Of a DNA stretch of 33,248 bases, positions 17,299 to 26,423 are shown in pieces (the first letter of the stretch is position 1; each line of letters starts with the position of its first letter). Below the pieces are notes generated by a model. That model saw only the letters and a list, made by a program, of their open reading frames with translations, ran no database searches and was not told the DNA's origin. Source of the stretch: Candidatus Iainarchaeum sp. (lineage in GTDB: Archaea > Iainarchaeota > Iainarchaeia > Iainarchaeales > JAFCFF01); NCBI GenBank assembly GCA_017608775.1, contig JAFCFF010000001.1, positions 1 to 33,248 on the forward strand. The letters run 5' to 3'. The position numbers were made by a program, and so were the translations under genes.

Positions 17299-17726
17299 TG
17301 GGAAAGGGTTTGTTTTCAGCAAGAAAGTTGATGAAAGACAAGAAAAAATGGAGATGGAAAGACAGGAGATACAAGGTAAGAATGAAAAGACTGCGTTTAA
17401 GGTTTGATCCCTTGGAGGGAGCCCCACAGGCAAGAGCGATTGTGCTCCTAAAAAGACCTGTTGAGGCAAAACAACCAAACTCTGGCCTAAGAAAAGCAGT
17501 TAGGGTACAGCTCATAAAGAACGGGAGACAGATAACAGCTCTAGCTCCAAGAGATGGGGCAATTAAATTTATCAACGAACATGATGAGGTTGTGATTGAA
17601 AGTATAGGAGGGGCACAGGGAGGGGCAATGGGAGATCTCTGGGGAGTCAAGTACAAGGTTGTCAAGGTCAACAAACAAAGCTTGGAGCAGTTAAGAAAGG
17701 GGAAGATCGAGAAGATAAAGAGGTGA
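17298..17726 (+). CDS. rps12: 30S ribosomal protein uS12
   Basis: [49 protein letters not shown]. Confidence 0.97.
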   Translation: MGKGLFSARKLMKDKKKWRWKDRRYKVRMKRLRLRFDPLEGAPQARAIVLLKRPVEAKQPNSGLRKAVRVQLIKNGRQITALAPRDGAIKFINEHDEVVIESIGGAQGGAMGDLWGVKYKVVKVNKQSLEQLRKGKIEKIKR

Positions 17727-17730
17727 TTTT

Positions 17731-18333
17731 ACGGTTAAGATATTTGGAAAATGGGAGAGCTCTGAGGTTGTTGTAAAAGATCCTGGGCTTGCAAAATACA
17801 TAAGCTTTGACAAACTTGAAATTCCTCACACTTTTGGAAAATATCAAAAAAAACAGTTTTGGAAAAAAAATATTGGGATTGTTGAAAGGCTTGTGAACAA
17901 GTTGATGAGATCTGGCCAGGGCAAGAGAAAGTTATCTGGAAAATATATGAGAACCAGAAAAGCCACAGGACAAAAAATAAATTCTCTGAAAATTGTTGAA
18001 AAGGCATTTGAAAAAATAGAAAAAGAAAAAAAACAAAATCCTATTCAAGTCTATATAGCTGCGATTGAGAATTCCGCACCAAGGGAGGACACAACAAGGA
18101 TAAGAAGAGGGGGGGTGGTCACGCCCATTTCTGTTGATGTCTCTTCCCTAAAAAGATTGGATGAGGCGATAAAAAACATTGCCTTGGCTGCGTTTGCAGA
18201 AAGCTTTAAGTCAAGGACAAGGGTGGAGGATGCCTTAGCAAAGGAAATTATCCTGGCAGCAGGTGGAGACGCAAGTAGCTATGCCATAAAAAGAAAAAAC
18301 GAGATAGAAAGGATTGCAAGAGCATCAAGATAG
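17731..18333 (+). CDS. rps7: 30S ribosomal protein uS7, apparently initiating at ACG
   Basis: Conserved N-terminus VKIFGKW..EVVVKDPGLAKYI..PHTFG..IVERLVNKLMR lies in frame upstream of the track's GTG (17893); NPIQV..AIENSAPRED, ERIARASR. Confidence 0.93.
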   Translation, partial: TVKIFGKWESSEVVVKDPGLAKYISFDKLEIPHTFGKYQKKQFWKKNIGIVERLVNKLMRSGQGKRKLSGKYMRTRKATGQKINSLKIVEKAFEKIEKEKKQNPIQVYIAAIENSAPREDTTRIRRGGVVTPISVDVSSLKRLDEAIKNIALAAFAESFKSRTRVEDALAKEIILAAGGDASSYAIKRKNEIERIARASR

Positions 18334-18425
18334 TTTTGCCTTATTTTCCAAGGCTTAACTTTTAAAAGTTTTTAAGTTGTTTTAATTTATTCTATTTTAA
18401 GAAGAAAAAATGTTTTGTGGTGTAA

Positions 18426-20609
18426 ATGGTAAAAAAAGAAAAAGTTGTTGAGATTGCGGAAAAACTAATGCATAACCAAAAAAACATAAGAAACATAGGA
18501 ATCATAGCACACATCGACCATGGAAAGTCAACAATGACAGATTCTCTGGTCGCTGTCGCAGGGCTAATAAGTGAGGAGCTTGCCGGAAAACAACTTTATA
18601 CAGACTTTTATGAGTTGGAACAGCAAAGGGGGGTAACGATATTTTCAGCAAATATAAGCATTCCATATAAATATGAGGGAGATCAATACCTAATTAACCT
18701 GATAGATACCCCAGGGCACCTAGATTTTGTTGGGGAGGTTATAAGAGCTCTGAGGGCAGTTGATGGAGTAATTCTGCTTGTGGATGCTGTTGAGGGAGTT
18801 ATGCCACAAACAGAAACTGTTTTGACAAGAGCCTTGGCAGAACACGTTAAACCTGTTTTGTTGATAAACAAAGTTGATAGGCTTTTCAAGGAGTTACAAC
18901 TCACGGACGAGCAGATGCAAGAAAGATTTATAAAAATTATAACTGAGGTTAACAAATTAATAAAGACAAATCAGCCAAAAGGGGCTGACTGGACAGTGAG
19001 TATTCAGGATGGCTCTGTTTCCTTTGGGTCTGGAATTCAAAAATGGGCGGTAAGCATAGAAACAATGAAAAAAAACAACATAACCTTTAAGGACATCGCA
19101 GAATACCTGAGGAAAGAAAAGATAAGGGAGCTATCAAAAAAAAGCCCGTTACACGAAGCAATTACTGAAATGGTAATAAAGCACTTACCAAACCCGGTTG
19201 ATGCCCAAAAATATAGAATTCCCGTGATATGGAAAGGGGATTTGGAGGGAAATGTTGGAAAAGACCTGCTTAACTGCAACGCTGATGGGGCTCCTGTCTT
19301 TATGGTCACAAAGGTTTTGGTCGACCCACACGCAGGGGATATCGCAGTTGGGAGGGTTTATTCAGGAACACTAAAACAAGGGCTAAAACTAAAGTTTGCT
19401 GGAATTTCAAAAGAGGTAAATATCCAACAAGTAGGGGTGTATATCGCAGATGAGAGAATTCCAACAGAACAGGTTCCGGCTGGAAACATTGCCTATATCG
19501 TTGGGCTAAGAGAGGCGCTTGCAGGAGATACCTTGTCAACAGAGGACATAAGTCCTTTTGAGGGATTTATGGGAGAGATTGAACCAGTTATCAGCATTTC
19601 GGTTGAGGCAAAACATCCAAAAGATCTTCCAAAGCTGATAGAGGTACTAAAACAAATAACAAAAGAAGAACCACAAATTAAAACAGAGCTTAATCAGGAA
19701 ACAGGAGAACACATAGTTTCTGCTATTGGTGACTTTCAGCTAGAAATTGTTGAACATAGAATAAAAAAAGATCGCGGTCTTGAGATAATAACATCAAACC
19801 CAATCGTTGTCTACAGAGAAACAATAGAAAAGGAAAGCCCGGAAATACTGGGAAAAAGCCCAAACAAACACAACAAATATTTGTTACACCTGGAAAAACT
19901 AGACAAAAAACTAAAAGAGGGCTTAAAGAAATTTCATTCAGAGGGAAAAATTAAAGCAGACAAGGATTTTATTGAGAGAATGATTGAAATTGGTTTTGAC
20001 AGAGACACGGCAAAAAGAACCTGGGCAATTTACAAAGACAATATTCTGATTAACAATACAAGAGGAATTGTTCAGCTGGAGGAAAATAAGGAGTTGATCA
20101 TCCAGGGTTTTTTAGTGGCTATGAAAGAAGGGCCTCTTGCCAAAGAAAAGGCATCTGGAATATTGGTTTCACTGAACGATGCAAACCTACACGAGGACGC
20201 AATTCATAGAGGACCAGCCCAGACAATACCTGCGATATCAAGGGCAATATATGCTGGAATGTTGCTGGCAAACGCAAAAATACTAGAACCAAAACAAAGA
20301 ATTAGCCTAACTGTCCCAAATGACTTTGTTGGAGGGGTTACAAAGGAATTAAGTTCAAGAAGAGCACATATCCTTGAGATGCGAACTGAGGGAGACCAAA
20401 CCTTTGTTATCGCAAAAGCACCTGTCAAGGAAATGATCGGCTTTGCAAACTCAGTAAGAAGCGCAACGCAGGGAAGGGCGGTATGGACAGCGGAATACGC
20501 CGGTTATGAACCCCTACCAAAAGACTTACAAAATAAAGTTATTGAGGAAATAAGAAAAAGAAAGGGGCTGGACCCAAGGCCAAAACCTGCGGAATACTAT
20601 ATGGACTAA
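18426..20609 (+). CDS. fusA: Elongation factor 2
   Basis: AHIDHGKST, DTPGH, NKVD, KSPNKHN, diphthamide loop HEDAIHRGPAQ. Confidence 0.98.
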   Translation: MVKKEKVVEIAEKLMHNQKNIRNIGIIAHIDHGKSTMTDSLVAVAGLISEELAGKQLYTDFYELEQQRGVTIFSANISIPYKYEGDQYLINLIDTPGHLDFVGEVIRALRAVDGVILLVDAVEGVMPQTETVLTRALAEHVKPVLLINKVDRLFKELQLTDEQMQERFIKIITEVNKLIKTNQPKGADWTVSIQDGSVSFGSGIQKWAVSIETMKKNNITFKDIAEYLRKEKIRELSKKSPLHEAITEMVIKHLPNPVDAQKYRIPVIWKGDLEGNVGKDLLNCNADGAPVFMVTKVLVDPHAGDIAVGRVYSGTLKQGLKLKFAGISKEVNIQQVGVYIADERIPTEQVPAGNIAYIVGLREALAGDTLSTEDISPFEGFMGEIEPVISISVEAKHPKDLPKLIEVLKQITKEEPQIKTELNQETGEHIVSAIGDFQLEIVEHRIKKDRGLEIITSNPIVVYRETIEKESPEILGKSPNKHNKYLLHLEKLDKKLKEGLKKFHSEGKIKADKDFIERMIEIGFDRDTAKRTWAIYKDNILINNTRGIVQLEENKELIIQGFLVAMKEGPLAKEKASGILVSLNDANLHEDAIHRGPAQTIPAISRAIYAGMLLANAKILEPKQRISLTVPNDFVGGVTKELSSRRAHILEMRTEGDQTFVIAKAPVKEMIGFANSVRSATQGRAVWTAEYAGYEPLPKDLQNKVIEEIRKRKGLDPRPKPAEYYMD

Positions 20610-20635
20610 CAACCAAACAAGAAACAACCAAACAA
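20608..20635. repeat. 13-bp direct repeat AACAACCAAACAA x2 after fusA stop
   Basis: Copies at 20608-20620 and 20623-20635. Confidence 0.6.
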
Positions 20636-20771
20636 AAAATTTTATTTTTTCATAAATAAAAAAGAATGTTTTTAAATTAAACGCTTTAAACTTATAAATA
20701 AGCCCTGTAGGGGCGTGTAATCTATAACTACATTTAATTATGTTTTAATTGTGCTTTGAGGAGGTTGTTAT

Positions 20772-22037
20772 ATGGCAGAAAAACCACGCATAAATCTTGT
20801 CTTTATAGGACACGTAGATCATGGAAAGTCCACTCTTGTTGGAAGAGTTCTCTACGACTCTGGCTCCTTGTCCGAGCAGGAGTATAGAAGACTACAGCAA
20901 GAAGCCGAGGCAAAGGGAAGAGGAACATTTGCGTTTGCTTTTGTTATGGACAAGCTAAAGGAGGAAAGAGAAAGAGGGATAACAATAGACGTTAGCTATA
21001 AGGAGTTTGAAACCCCACATAACAGGTTTACCATAATAGATGCTCCAGGACACAGAGACTTTGTCAAAAATATGATCACAGGAGCAAGTCAGGCAGATGC
21101 GGCAATTCTTGTTGTTGCAGCAAAGGAAGGCGTTATGCCACAAACAAAAGAACACTCCTTTCTTGCAAAGGTTATGGGAATAAACCAGATAATCGTTGCC
21201 ATAAACAAGATGGATGAAGTCAACTACGACAAGGCAAAATACGAGGAAGTTAAGAAAAATGTTGGAAAACTTCTAAGTAGCCTAGGATATAAAATTGATA
21301 ATATTCCTTTTGTTCCTGTAAGTGCCTGGATAGGAGACAACGTTGTCAAGAAAAGCGATAAGTTATCTTGGTGGACAGAGGGAACCTTCTTTGAATTCCT
21401 AGATAAGTTAGAGGCTCCTGAACAGCCGATTGATAAGCCCCTGAGAATTCCCATTCAAGATGTCTATAACATAAAGGGGGTAGGAACCGTACCTGTTGGG
21501 AGAGTTGAAACAGGAGTTCTTAGACCAGGAGACAAGATTGTTGTTATGCCTTACAAGAAAACAGGAGAGGTAAAAACAATAGAAGCTCATCATCAACAAC
21601 TTCCTGACGCAAAGCCAGGAGATAACATTGGATTCAACGTCAGGGGTATTGGAAAAGAAGATATCAGAAGAGGGGATGTTGTTGGAAAGGAAGATAACCC
21701 TCCAAAAGTTGTGGATGAGTTTACAGCACAAATTCAGGTCTTAGATCATCCGTCAGCAATAAGTGTAGGATACACTCCTGTGTTCCACTTGCACACTGCA
21801 CAGCAAAGCATGAAGTTTGTTGAACTTGTAAAAAAGCTAGACCCAAGAACAGGAGAGACAACAGAAGAAAACCCTAAGTTTCTGCAGGCAGGAGACGCTG
21901 CAATTGTAAAGATAAAGCCAACACAGCCTTTGAGTGCAGAGAAATACAGCGAGTTTCCTAGCCTAGGAAGGTTTGCCATAAGAGATTCCGGAAAAACAGT
22001 TGCTGCAGGAATCATAACAGAAATAAAGGAGAAGTAA
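20772..22037 (+). CDS. tuf: Elongation factor 1-alpha
   Basis: [37 protein letters not shown]; own TATA (TTATAAATA ~20693) and SD GAGGAGGT. Confidence 0.98.
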   Translation: MAEKPRINLVFIGHVDHGKSTLVGRVLYDSGSLSEQEYRRLQQEAEAKGRGTFAFAFVMDKLKEERERGITIDVSYKEFETPHNRFTIIDAPGHRDFVKNMITGASQADAAILVVAAKEGVMPQTKEHSFLAKVMGINQIIVAINKMDEVNYDKAKYEEVKKNVGKLLSSLGYKIDNIPFVPVSAWIGDNVVKKSDKLSWWTEGTFFEFLDKLEAPEQPIDKPLRIPIQDVYNIKGVGTVPVGRVETGVLRPGDKIVVMPYKKTGEVKTIEAHHQQLPDAKPGDNIGFNVRGIGKEDIRRGDVVGKEDNPPKVVDEFTAQIQVLDHPSAISVGYTPVFHLHTAQQSMKFVELVKKLDPRTGETTEENPKFLQAGDAAIVKIKPTQPLSAEKYSEFPSLGRFAIRDSGKTVAAGIITEIKEK

Positions 22038-22124
22038 AACTTCTTCTTTTTAATTTTTTTGTTTTTAAAAAACTTTGTTTTTAAAAGACTTTTGCTTTTA
22101 AAAGTCTTGGCCAGAGGTTTTGAG

Positions 22125-22439
22125 ATGCAGGTAGTAAGAATAAAGCTAAGCTCAGCAAACTATGAAACGTTGGAAAGAATAACAAAGCAGATGATAGACA
22201 TAATAAAAAGAGCTGGTGTTAAGTACTCTGGTCCTGTTCCGCTACCAACCAAAGAGCTGATTATACCAACAAGAAAAAGTATGTCTGGTGGTGGTACTGA
22301 AAGTTATGAAAGATGGAAGATGAGAATTCATAAAAGACTTATAGATATGAACATGGATGACAGGGTTTTGAAACACATTCTAAGGATTGAAATTCCTGCC
22401 GAGATTGAGATTGAGATAAGCTTAAAGGAAAAAGAGTAG
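22125..22439 (+). CDS. rps10: 30S ribosomal protein uS10
   Basis: RIKLSS, GPVPLPT, WKMRIHKRLID; start corrected to ATG 22125 (SD-like GAGGT). Confidence 0.95.
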   Translation: MQVVRIKLSSANYETLERITKQMIDIIKRAGVKYSGPVPLPTKELIIPTRKSMSGGGTESYERWKMRIHKRLIDMNMDDRVLKHILRIEIPAEIEIEISLKEKE

Positions 22440-22491
22440 TTCAAGGAATTAGATTTAAATTATAAATTCCTATAACTTCTTATTGTTTTAA

Positions 22492-22917
22492 ATGGAAAAG
22501 TTTGAGTTTATAGAACATGAGGGAGAGGCAGCCTTCAAGGCTTACGGGAAAAGCTTGGAAGAGGTTTTCAAGAACGCTGCTTTTGCACTGGCAAGTGTTA
22601 TGTTCTCCCAAAAAAACATAGATGAGAAAAAAACCGAGGAGATTTTTGTTGTTGCTCCTGACAAGGAATGGCTCTTGCAGGAATTTCTTCAGGAGGTTAT
22701 GCTGGTTATTGAGGGGAAAAACTTTGTTTTTAAAAACATGGACTTAAAGATAGAGACAAAAAACGAGGCTTACGAGTTAAGGGCAAAGCTGATAGGAGAG
22801 AAAATGGACCCAAAGAGGCATGAGCTGGGAGGGGAAATAAAGGCGATAACCTGGCATGATTTTTACATCAGGGAAAAAAACGGAAACTGGGAGGCAAAAC
22901 TAGTTGTGGATGTTTGA
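22492..22917 (+). CDS. Archease
   Basis: FEFIEH, AYGKSLEEVFKNAA, EIKAITWH, C-terminal VVDV. Confidence 0.93.
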   Translation: MEKFEFIEHEGEAAFKAYGKSLEEVFKNAAFALASVMFSQKNIDEKKTEEIFVVAPDKEWLLQEFLQEVMLVIEGKNFVFKNMDLKIETKNEAYELRAKLIGEKMDPKRHELGGEIKAITWHDFYIREKNGNWEAKLVVDV

Positions 22918-22933
22918 CATTGAAAAACAGATT

Positions 22934-22967
22934 TAACTATTGTGTGGAAATAACTATTGTGTGGAAA
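22934..22967. repeat. Perfect 17-bp tandem duplication TAACTATTGTGTGGAAA x2
   Basis: Copies at 22934-22950 and 22951-22967; second copy contains the stop and last codons of the minus-strand ORF. Confidence 0.9.
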
Positions 22968-23286
22968 TTCCTATAAGCAAATCTCTCTGTTTTTTGATGA
23001 ACTTCTCAAGCTTTTCTAGCTTCTTTTTATCACCTGGTGAGAGTTTCTTTCCCTGGTTTAGTCTGTCTGCAATAGCATCTAAAAAATCCTGGGCAAGATG
23101 ATTTATTCTTTTTTTGTATGGTATTTGGCTTCTTAGTGTTTTTTCTACAATTGCCTCAAGCACTTTATAATTTTCGTCACTCATATCTGCGATTCTTCCC
23201 TTAAAGTCCTCTATTGTTTTTGAGTGTGGCATTCCCTCATGCAACTCTATTGGCTCTCCCTCCTCAACAAAGAATTCCTCTTCCAT
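22954..23286 (-). CDS. Hypothetical protein (110 aa)
   Basis: ATG-initiated ORF with TTTAAA box ~25 nt upstream; acidic N-terminus, helical-looking body. Confidence 0.75.
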   Translation of the reverse strand: MEEEFFVEEGEPIELHEGMPHSKTIEDFKGRIADMSDENYKVLEAIVEKTLRSQIPYKKRINHLAQDFLDAIADRLNQGKKLSPGDKKKLEKLEKFIKKQRDLLIGISTQ

Positions 23287-23337
23287 GATAAATGAAGCAA
23301 GATAAAAAGCTTTTAAATCTTAGTTAAGAAAAAAATC

Positions 23338-23703
23338 TCAGTCAAAGTATTTTTCAACTGTTGCCCTCAAAGACTGGAGAGAATTAAAAGCCTGGCTATT
23401 GGCTGAAAATCTCTTTGCCAACTTACCCAAAACTGTAAGCATCTTTTCCTTAGATATTTTTCTATAGCTTGAAAGAAGAATAAATAGGTGTTGAATGTGT
23501 GTTATCTCGTGTTTCTTCTTTAAAACCTTCTCAAGAAAAGACTCAACAAAAAAAGGAGTTTCGTTTGGTTTTAGGCCCTTTAAAATCAGCATCAACTCGT
23601 CGGCAATCTCCATCCCTCTTTGCTGTATTTGTTGTTTTTTCATCTCAATTCTTCTTTTTTTATCAAATAGTTCCAGAACTCTTTCATGCAGTTTCCTAGG
23701 CAT
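23338..23703 (-). CDS. Hypothetical protein (121 aa, basic)
   Basis: ATG at 23703 (MPRKL..) with TTTAAA box ~22-27 nt upstream. Confidence 0.72.
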   Translation of the reverse strand: MPRKLHERVLELFDKKRRIEMKKQQIQQRGMEIADELMLILKGLKPNETPFFVESFLEKVLKKKHEITHIQHLFILLSSYRKISKEKMLTVLGKLAKRFSANSQAFNSLQSLRATVEKYFD

Positions 23704-23764
23704 GAAGAAAAGCAAATCTAAGTGTTTAAAAGTTTTTTTAAGTATAAGCTGGGTTTAATTTTAT

Positions 23765-25189
23765 ATGATAAAAGAAAGTTTGAGAAGAATTCATGATTAC
23801 TTGTGGGAGATTCCTAAGCAAGGGGGAATGAGAGTTCCTGGAAGGGTCTACGGAACAAGGGAGTTTTTGGATGGGATTGAGGAAGATGCGTTCCAACAGG
23901 TTGCAAACGTTGCCTGGATGCCTGGAATTCTCAGGTATTCCATAGCAATGCCTGACATTCATTCTGGTTATGGTTTTCCAATCGGCGGAGTTGCTGCCTT
24001 CTCAAAGGAAGAGGGAATAATAAGTCCTGGAGCAGTTGGGTTTGACATAAACTGTGGGCTAAGACTTTTAACAACAGGAATAAAATACAAAGAATTTAGA
24101 CCAAAACTAAGGGACTTTGTTGATAAGATGTTTAAAAAAATCCCAATAGGTCTTGGAAGCAAAAGCTCGCTAAGAGTTGGGAACTTTGAAAAAGTTCTTG
24201 TGGACGGAGTTTCCTATCTAAGGGAGCAGGGATATGTGGAAAAAAAAGATGTTGAGAGAATAGAGGAGCATGGAAGCATGGCTGGAGCAGATCCCTCCAA
24301 AGTAAGTGACACAGCAAAAAAAAGAGGGATTTCACAGCTTGGAAGTATTGGTTCTGGAAACCATTTTGTTGAGGCCTTGCTTGTGGACGAAATTTACAAC
24401 CCTGAAATCTCTGAGTTTTTCGATATTAGAAATGATGAAATTGTTTTTATGATTCATACTGGATCTCGTGGACTTGGACATCAGATTGCAACTGACTACA
24501 TAAAAACAATGCTGAGAAATTACGAGAGCTATGGTTTTAAACTTCCTGACAAACAACTTGTTGGAGCGCCCTACAACAGACCAGAGGCTCAAAACTATCT
24601 AAAGGCAATGGCCTGCGCAATCAACTTTGCCTTTTCAAACAGACAGATAGCAACTTTTTTCCTAAGAGAGTTGCTTGAAAAGGAGTTTTCCCTTAAGCCA
24701 GAAGAGGTAAAGCTAGTTTATGACCATGCTCATAACATTGTAAAGCACGAGAAGCACAAAATCGAGGGAGATGAAAAAGAAATTCTTGTTTACAGAAAAG
24801 GAGCAACAAGGGCATTTACAAAAGAAAGGCCTGAGCTGTTTGGGGACCTAAAAGTCTATGGCCAGCCCTGCTTAATTCCAGGCTCGATGGGCACCCCGAC
24901 CTATGTTATGATACCAGAGGAAAAAGCAATGACAGAGACGTTTGGCACTATCAATCACGGGGCAGGAAGAAGAATGAGTAGAAAAAGAGCAACACAAGAA
25001 ATTGGCAGGACTGTGTTTAGCGAGATGGAAAAACTTGGAAAGATTGTCAGAAGCACAAGTAGGAGATCAATGATGGAGGAGTCCCCAAGAGCATATAAAG
25101 ACATCGATGTTGTTGTTGACATCGTTGAAAAAGCAGGGTTGGCAAAAAGAGTTGTAAGGCTAAGGCCTTTGGGAGTTATAATAGGTTAA
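23765..25189 (+). CDS. rtcB: RNA-splicing ligase RtcB
   Basis: MPDIHSGYGFPIGG, GFDINCG, GSGNHFVE, HTGSRG, HN, RKGAT, PGSMG, HGAGR, AYKD; no intein. Confidence 0.97.
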   Translation: MIKESLRRIHDYLWEIPKQGGMRVPGRVYGTREFLDGIEEDAFQQVANVAWMPGILRYSIAMPDIHSGYGFPIGGVAAFSKEEGIISPGAVGFDINCGLRLLTTGIKYKEFRPKLRDFVDKMFKKIPIGLGSKSSLRVGNFEKVLVDGVSYLREQGYVEKKDVERIEEHGSMAGADPSKVSDTAKKRGISQLGSIGSGNHFVEALLVDEIYNPEISEFFDIRNDEIVFMIHTGSRGLGHQIATDYIKTMLRNYESYGFKLPDKQLVGAPYNRPEAQNYLKAMACAINFAFSNRQIATFFLRELLEKEFSLKPEEVKLVYDHAHNIVKHEKHKIEGDEKEILVYRKGATRAFTKERPELFGDLKVYGQPCLIPGSMGTPTYVMIPEEKAMTETFGTINHGAGRRMSRKRATQEIGRTVFSEMEKLGKIVRSTSRRSMMEESPRAYKDIDVVVDIVEKAGLAKRVVRLRPLGVIIG

Positions 25190-25284
25190 AACAACAAGCC
25201 CAACACAGCCAGGTTTACTAGAAAAAATGTTTTAGAAACGATAAAAATATATTAGAAAGGGGAAAAAGAGCCGAATTTGGCTTG

Positions 25285-25309
25285 GAGAGGGAGGGAGCTC
25301 CCTTTTTTT
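25285..25309 (+). terminator. GC-rich hairpin plus T7 tract downstream of rtcB
   Basis: AGGGAG-GGAG-CTCCCT followed by TTTTTT. Confidence 0.5.
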
Positions 25310-25445
25310 AGAAAAAAAAGCAAAATTCAAGGAATAGCTTTAAATATATTTACCAAGCTAAGTTTTTTTATATAAATTTTTTTGTATTTCATTTTTTGTT
25401 TTTTCTTCTTTGTAAGAAGAAGTTGTTTATCTTAGGTAAGATAGT

Positions 25446-26414
25446 ATGGCAAAACCAAGTAAAATCAGATCTGGTAGTATGGCCTTCTACCCAAGAAAAA
25501 GAGCCAAAACCCAAAAAACAAGGTTTGGTTTTTTTAAATCCCTAAAAGAGGGAGAGATCCTTGGGTTTCTTGGTTATAAGGTAGGTATGTTACATTTAAT
25601 AGCGGAAAATAAAAACCCAAGAAGTCATTTAGCTGGGCAAGATATTTTCATTCCAGCAACTGTTGTGGAAACCCCTGCGCTTGGGGTGTTGGGAGTAAGA
25701 GCATATAAAAAAACAAAGACAAAAAACTTTGTTGTTAGAGATTTTCTTTTCAAAAACATTCCAAAGTATGTTAAAAAATACTACAAACTACCAAAAGAGG
25801 GAAAAGGCCTAGACAAGCTTAATCTGGACGAGGTTTCTTTTCTAAGGCTTTTAGTTTTTACTCAGCCAAGGCTGACAAGCATAGGAAAAAAGAAGCCAGA
25901 GATTTTGGAGCTGGATATTTCCGGAAACAAGGAGACACAGCTAAGAATTGCAAGGGAAAAAGAAGGTAAGGAGATAGTGGTTGAGGAGATATTTGAGCCA
26001 TTTACTTTTTTGGATATAAAAGCAGTGACAAAGGGGAAAGGAATGCAAGGACCTGTAAAGAGGTTTGGCGTCAAAGTTACAAAAAGAAAGGCACAAAAAC
26101 ACAGGGATGTTGGGAGCATAGGAGCATGGAGCCCTTCGACGGTTCCGTTTACTGTTCCCAGAGCCGGACAGATGGGATATCACACAAGAACCGAGTTTAA
26201 TAAAAAACTGTTGATTGTTGGAAAAAAAGAAGACATAAAAAAAATAAATCCAAGGTCTGGTTTCAAAAACTACGGGTTTGTTAAAAACCCTTTTATTGTT
26301 GTTGCTGGAAGCATCCCAGGGCCCACAAAAAGATTTATTGCCATAAGAAAGGGAACAAGAAAGAAAAGGAGGGTTCGCTACCCGGTTGAGGAAATAAAGG
26401 AAATAGTTAAATAA
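25446..26414 (+). CDS. rpl3: 50S ribosomal protein uL3
   Basis: GSMAFYPRKRA, GYKVGM, TKGKGMQGPVKRFG, RAGQMGYHTRTEFNK. Confidence 0.97.
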   Translation: MAKPSKIRSGSMAFYPRKRAKTQKTRFGFFKSLKEGEILGFLGYKVGMLHLIAENKNPRSHLAGQDIFIPATVVETPALGVLGVRAYKKTKTKNFVVRDFLFKNIPKYVKKYYKLPKEGKGLDKLNLDEVSFLRLLVFTQPRLTSIGKKKPEILELDISGNKETQLRIAREKEGKEIVVEEIFEPFTFLDIKAVTKGKGMQGPVKRFGVKVTKRKAQKHRDVGSIGAWSPSTVPFTVPRAGQMGYHTRTEFNKKLLIVGKKEDIKKINPRSGFKNYGFVKNPFIVVAGSIPGPTKRFIAIRKGTRKKRRVRYPVEEIKEIVK

Positions 26415-26423
26415 GTGAGAGAT

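Noticed and set aside
22059..22124. ORF-track N-terminal extension of uS10 (likewise 29904-29984 for uL29)
   Set aside because: Non-homologous sequence; downstream starts have SD motifs and match family N-termini
22934..22967. Direct repeats as a possible CRISPR array
   Set aside because: Two abutting copies with no spacer; no cas genes
12920..25189. Inteins in RNAP subunits, EF-2 or RtcB
   Set aside because: Protein lengths are normal and no intein splice or LAGLIDADG motifs are seen
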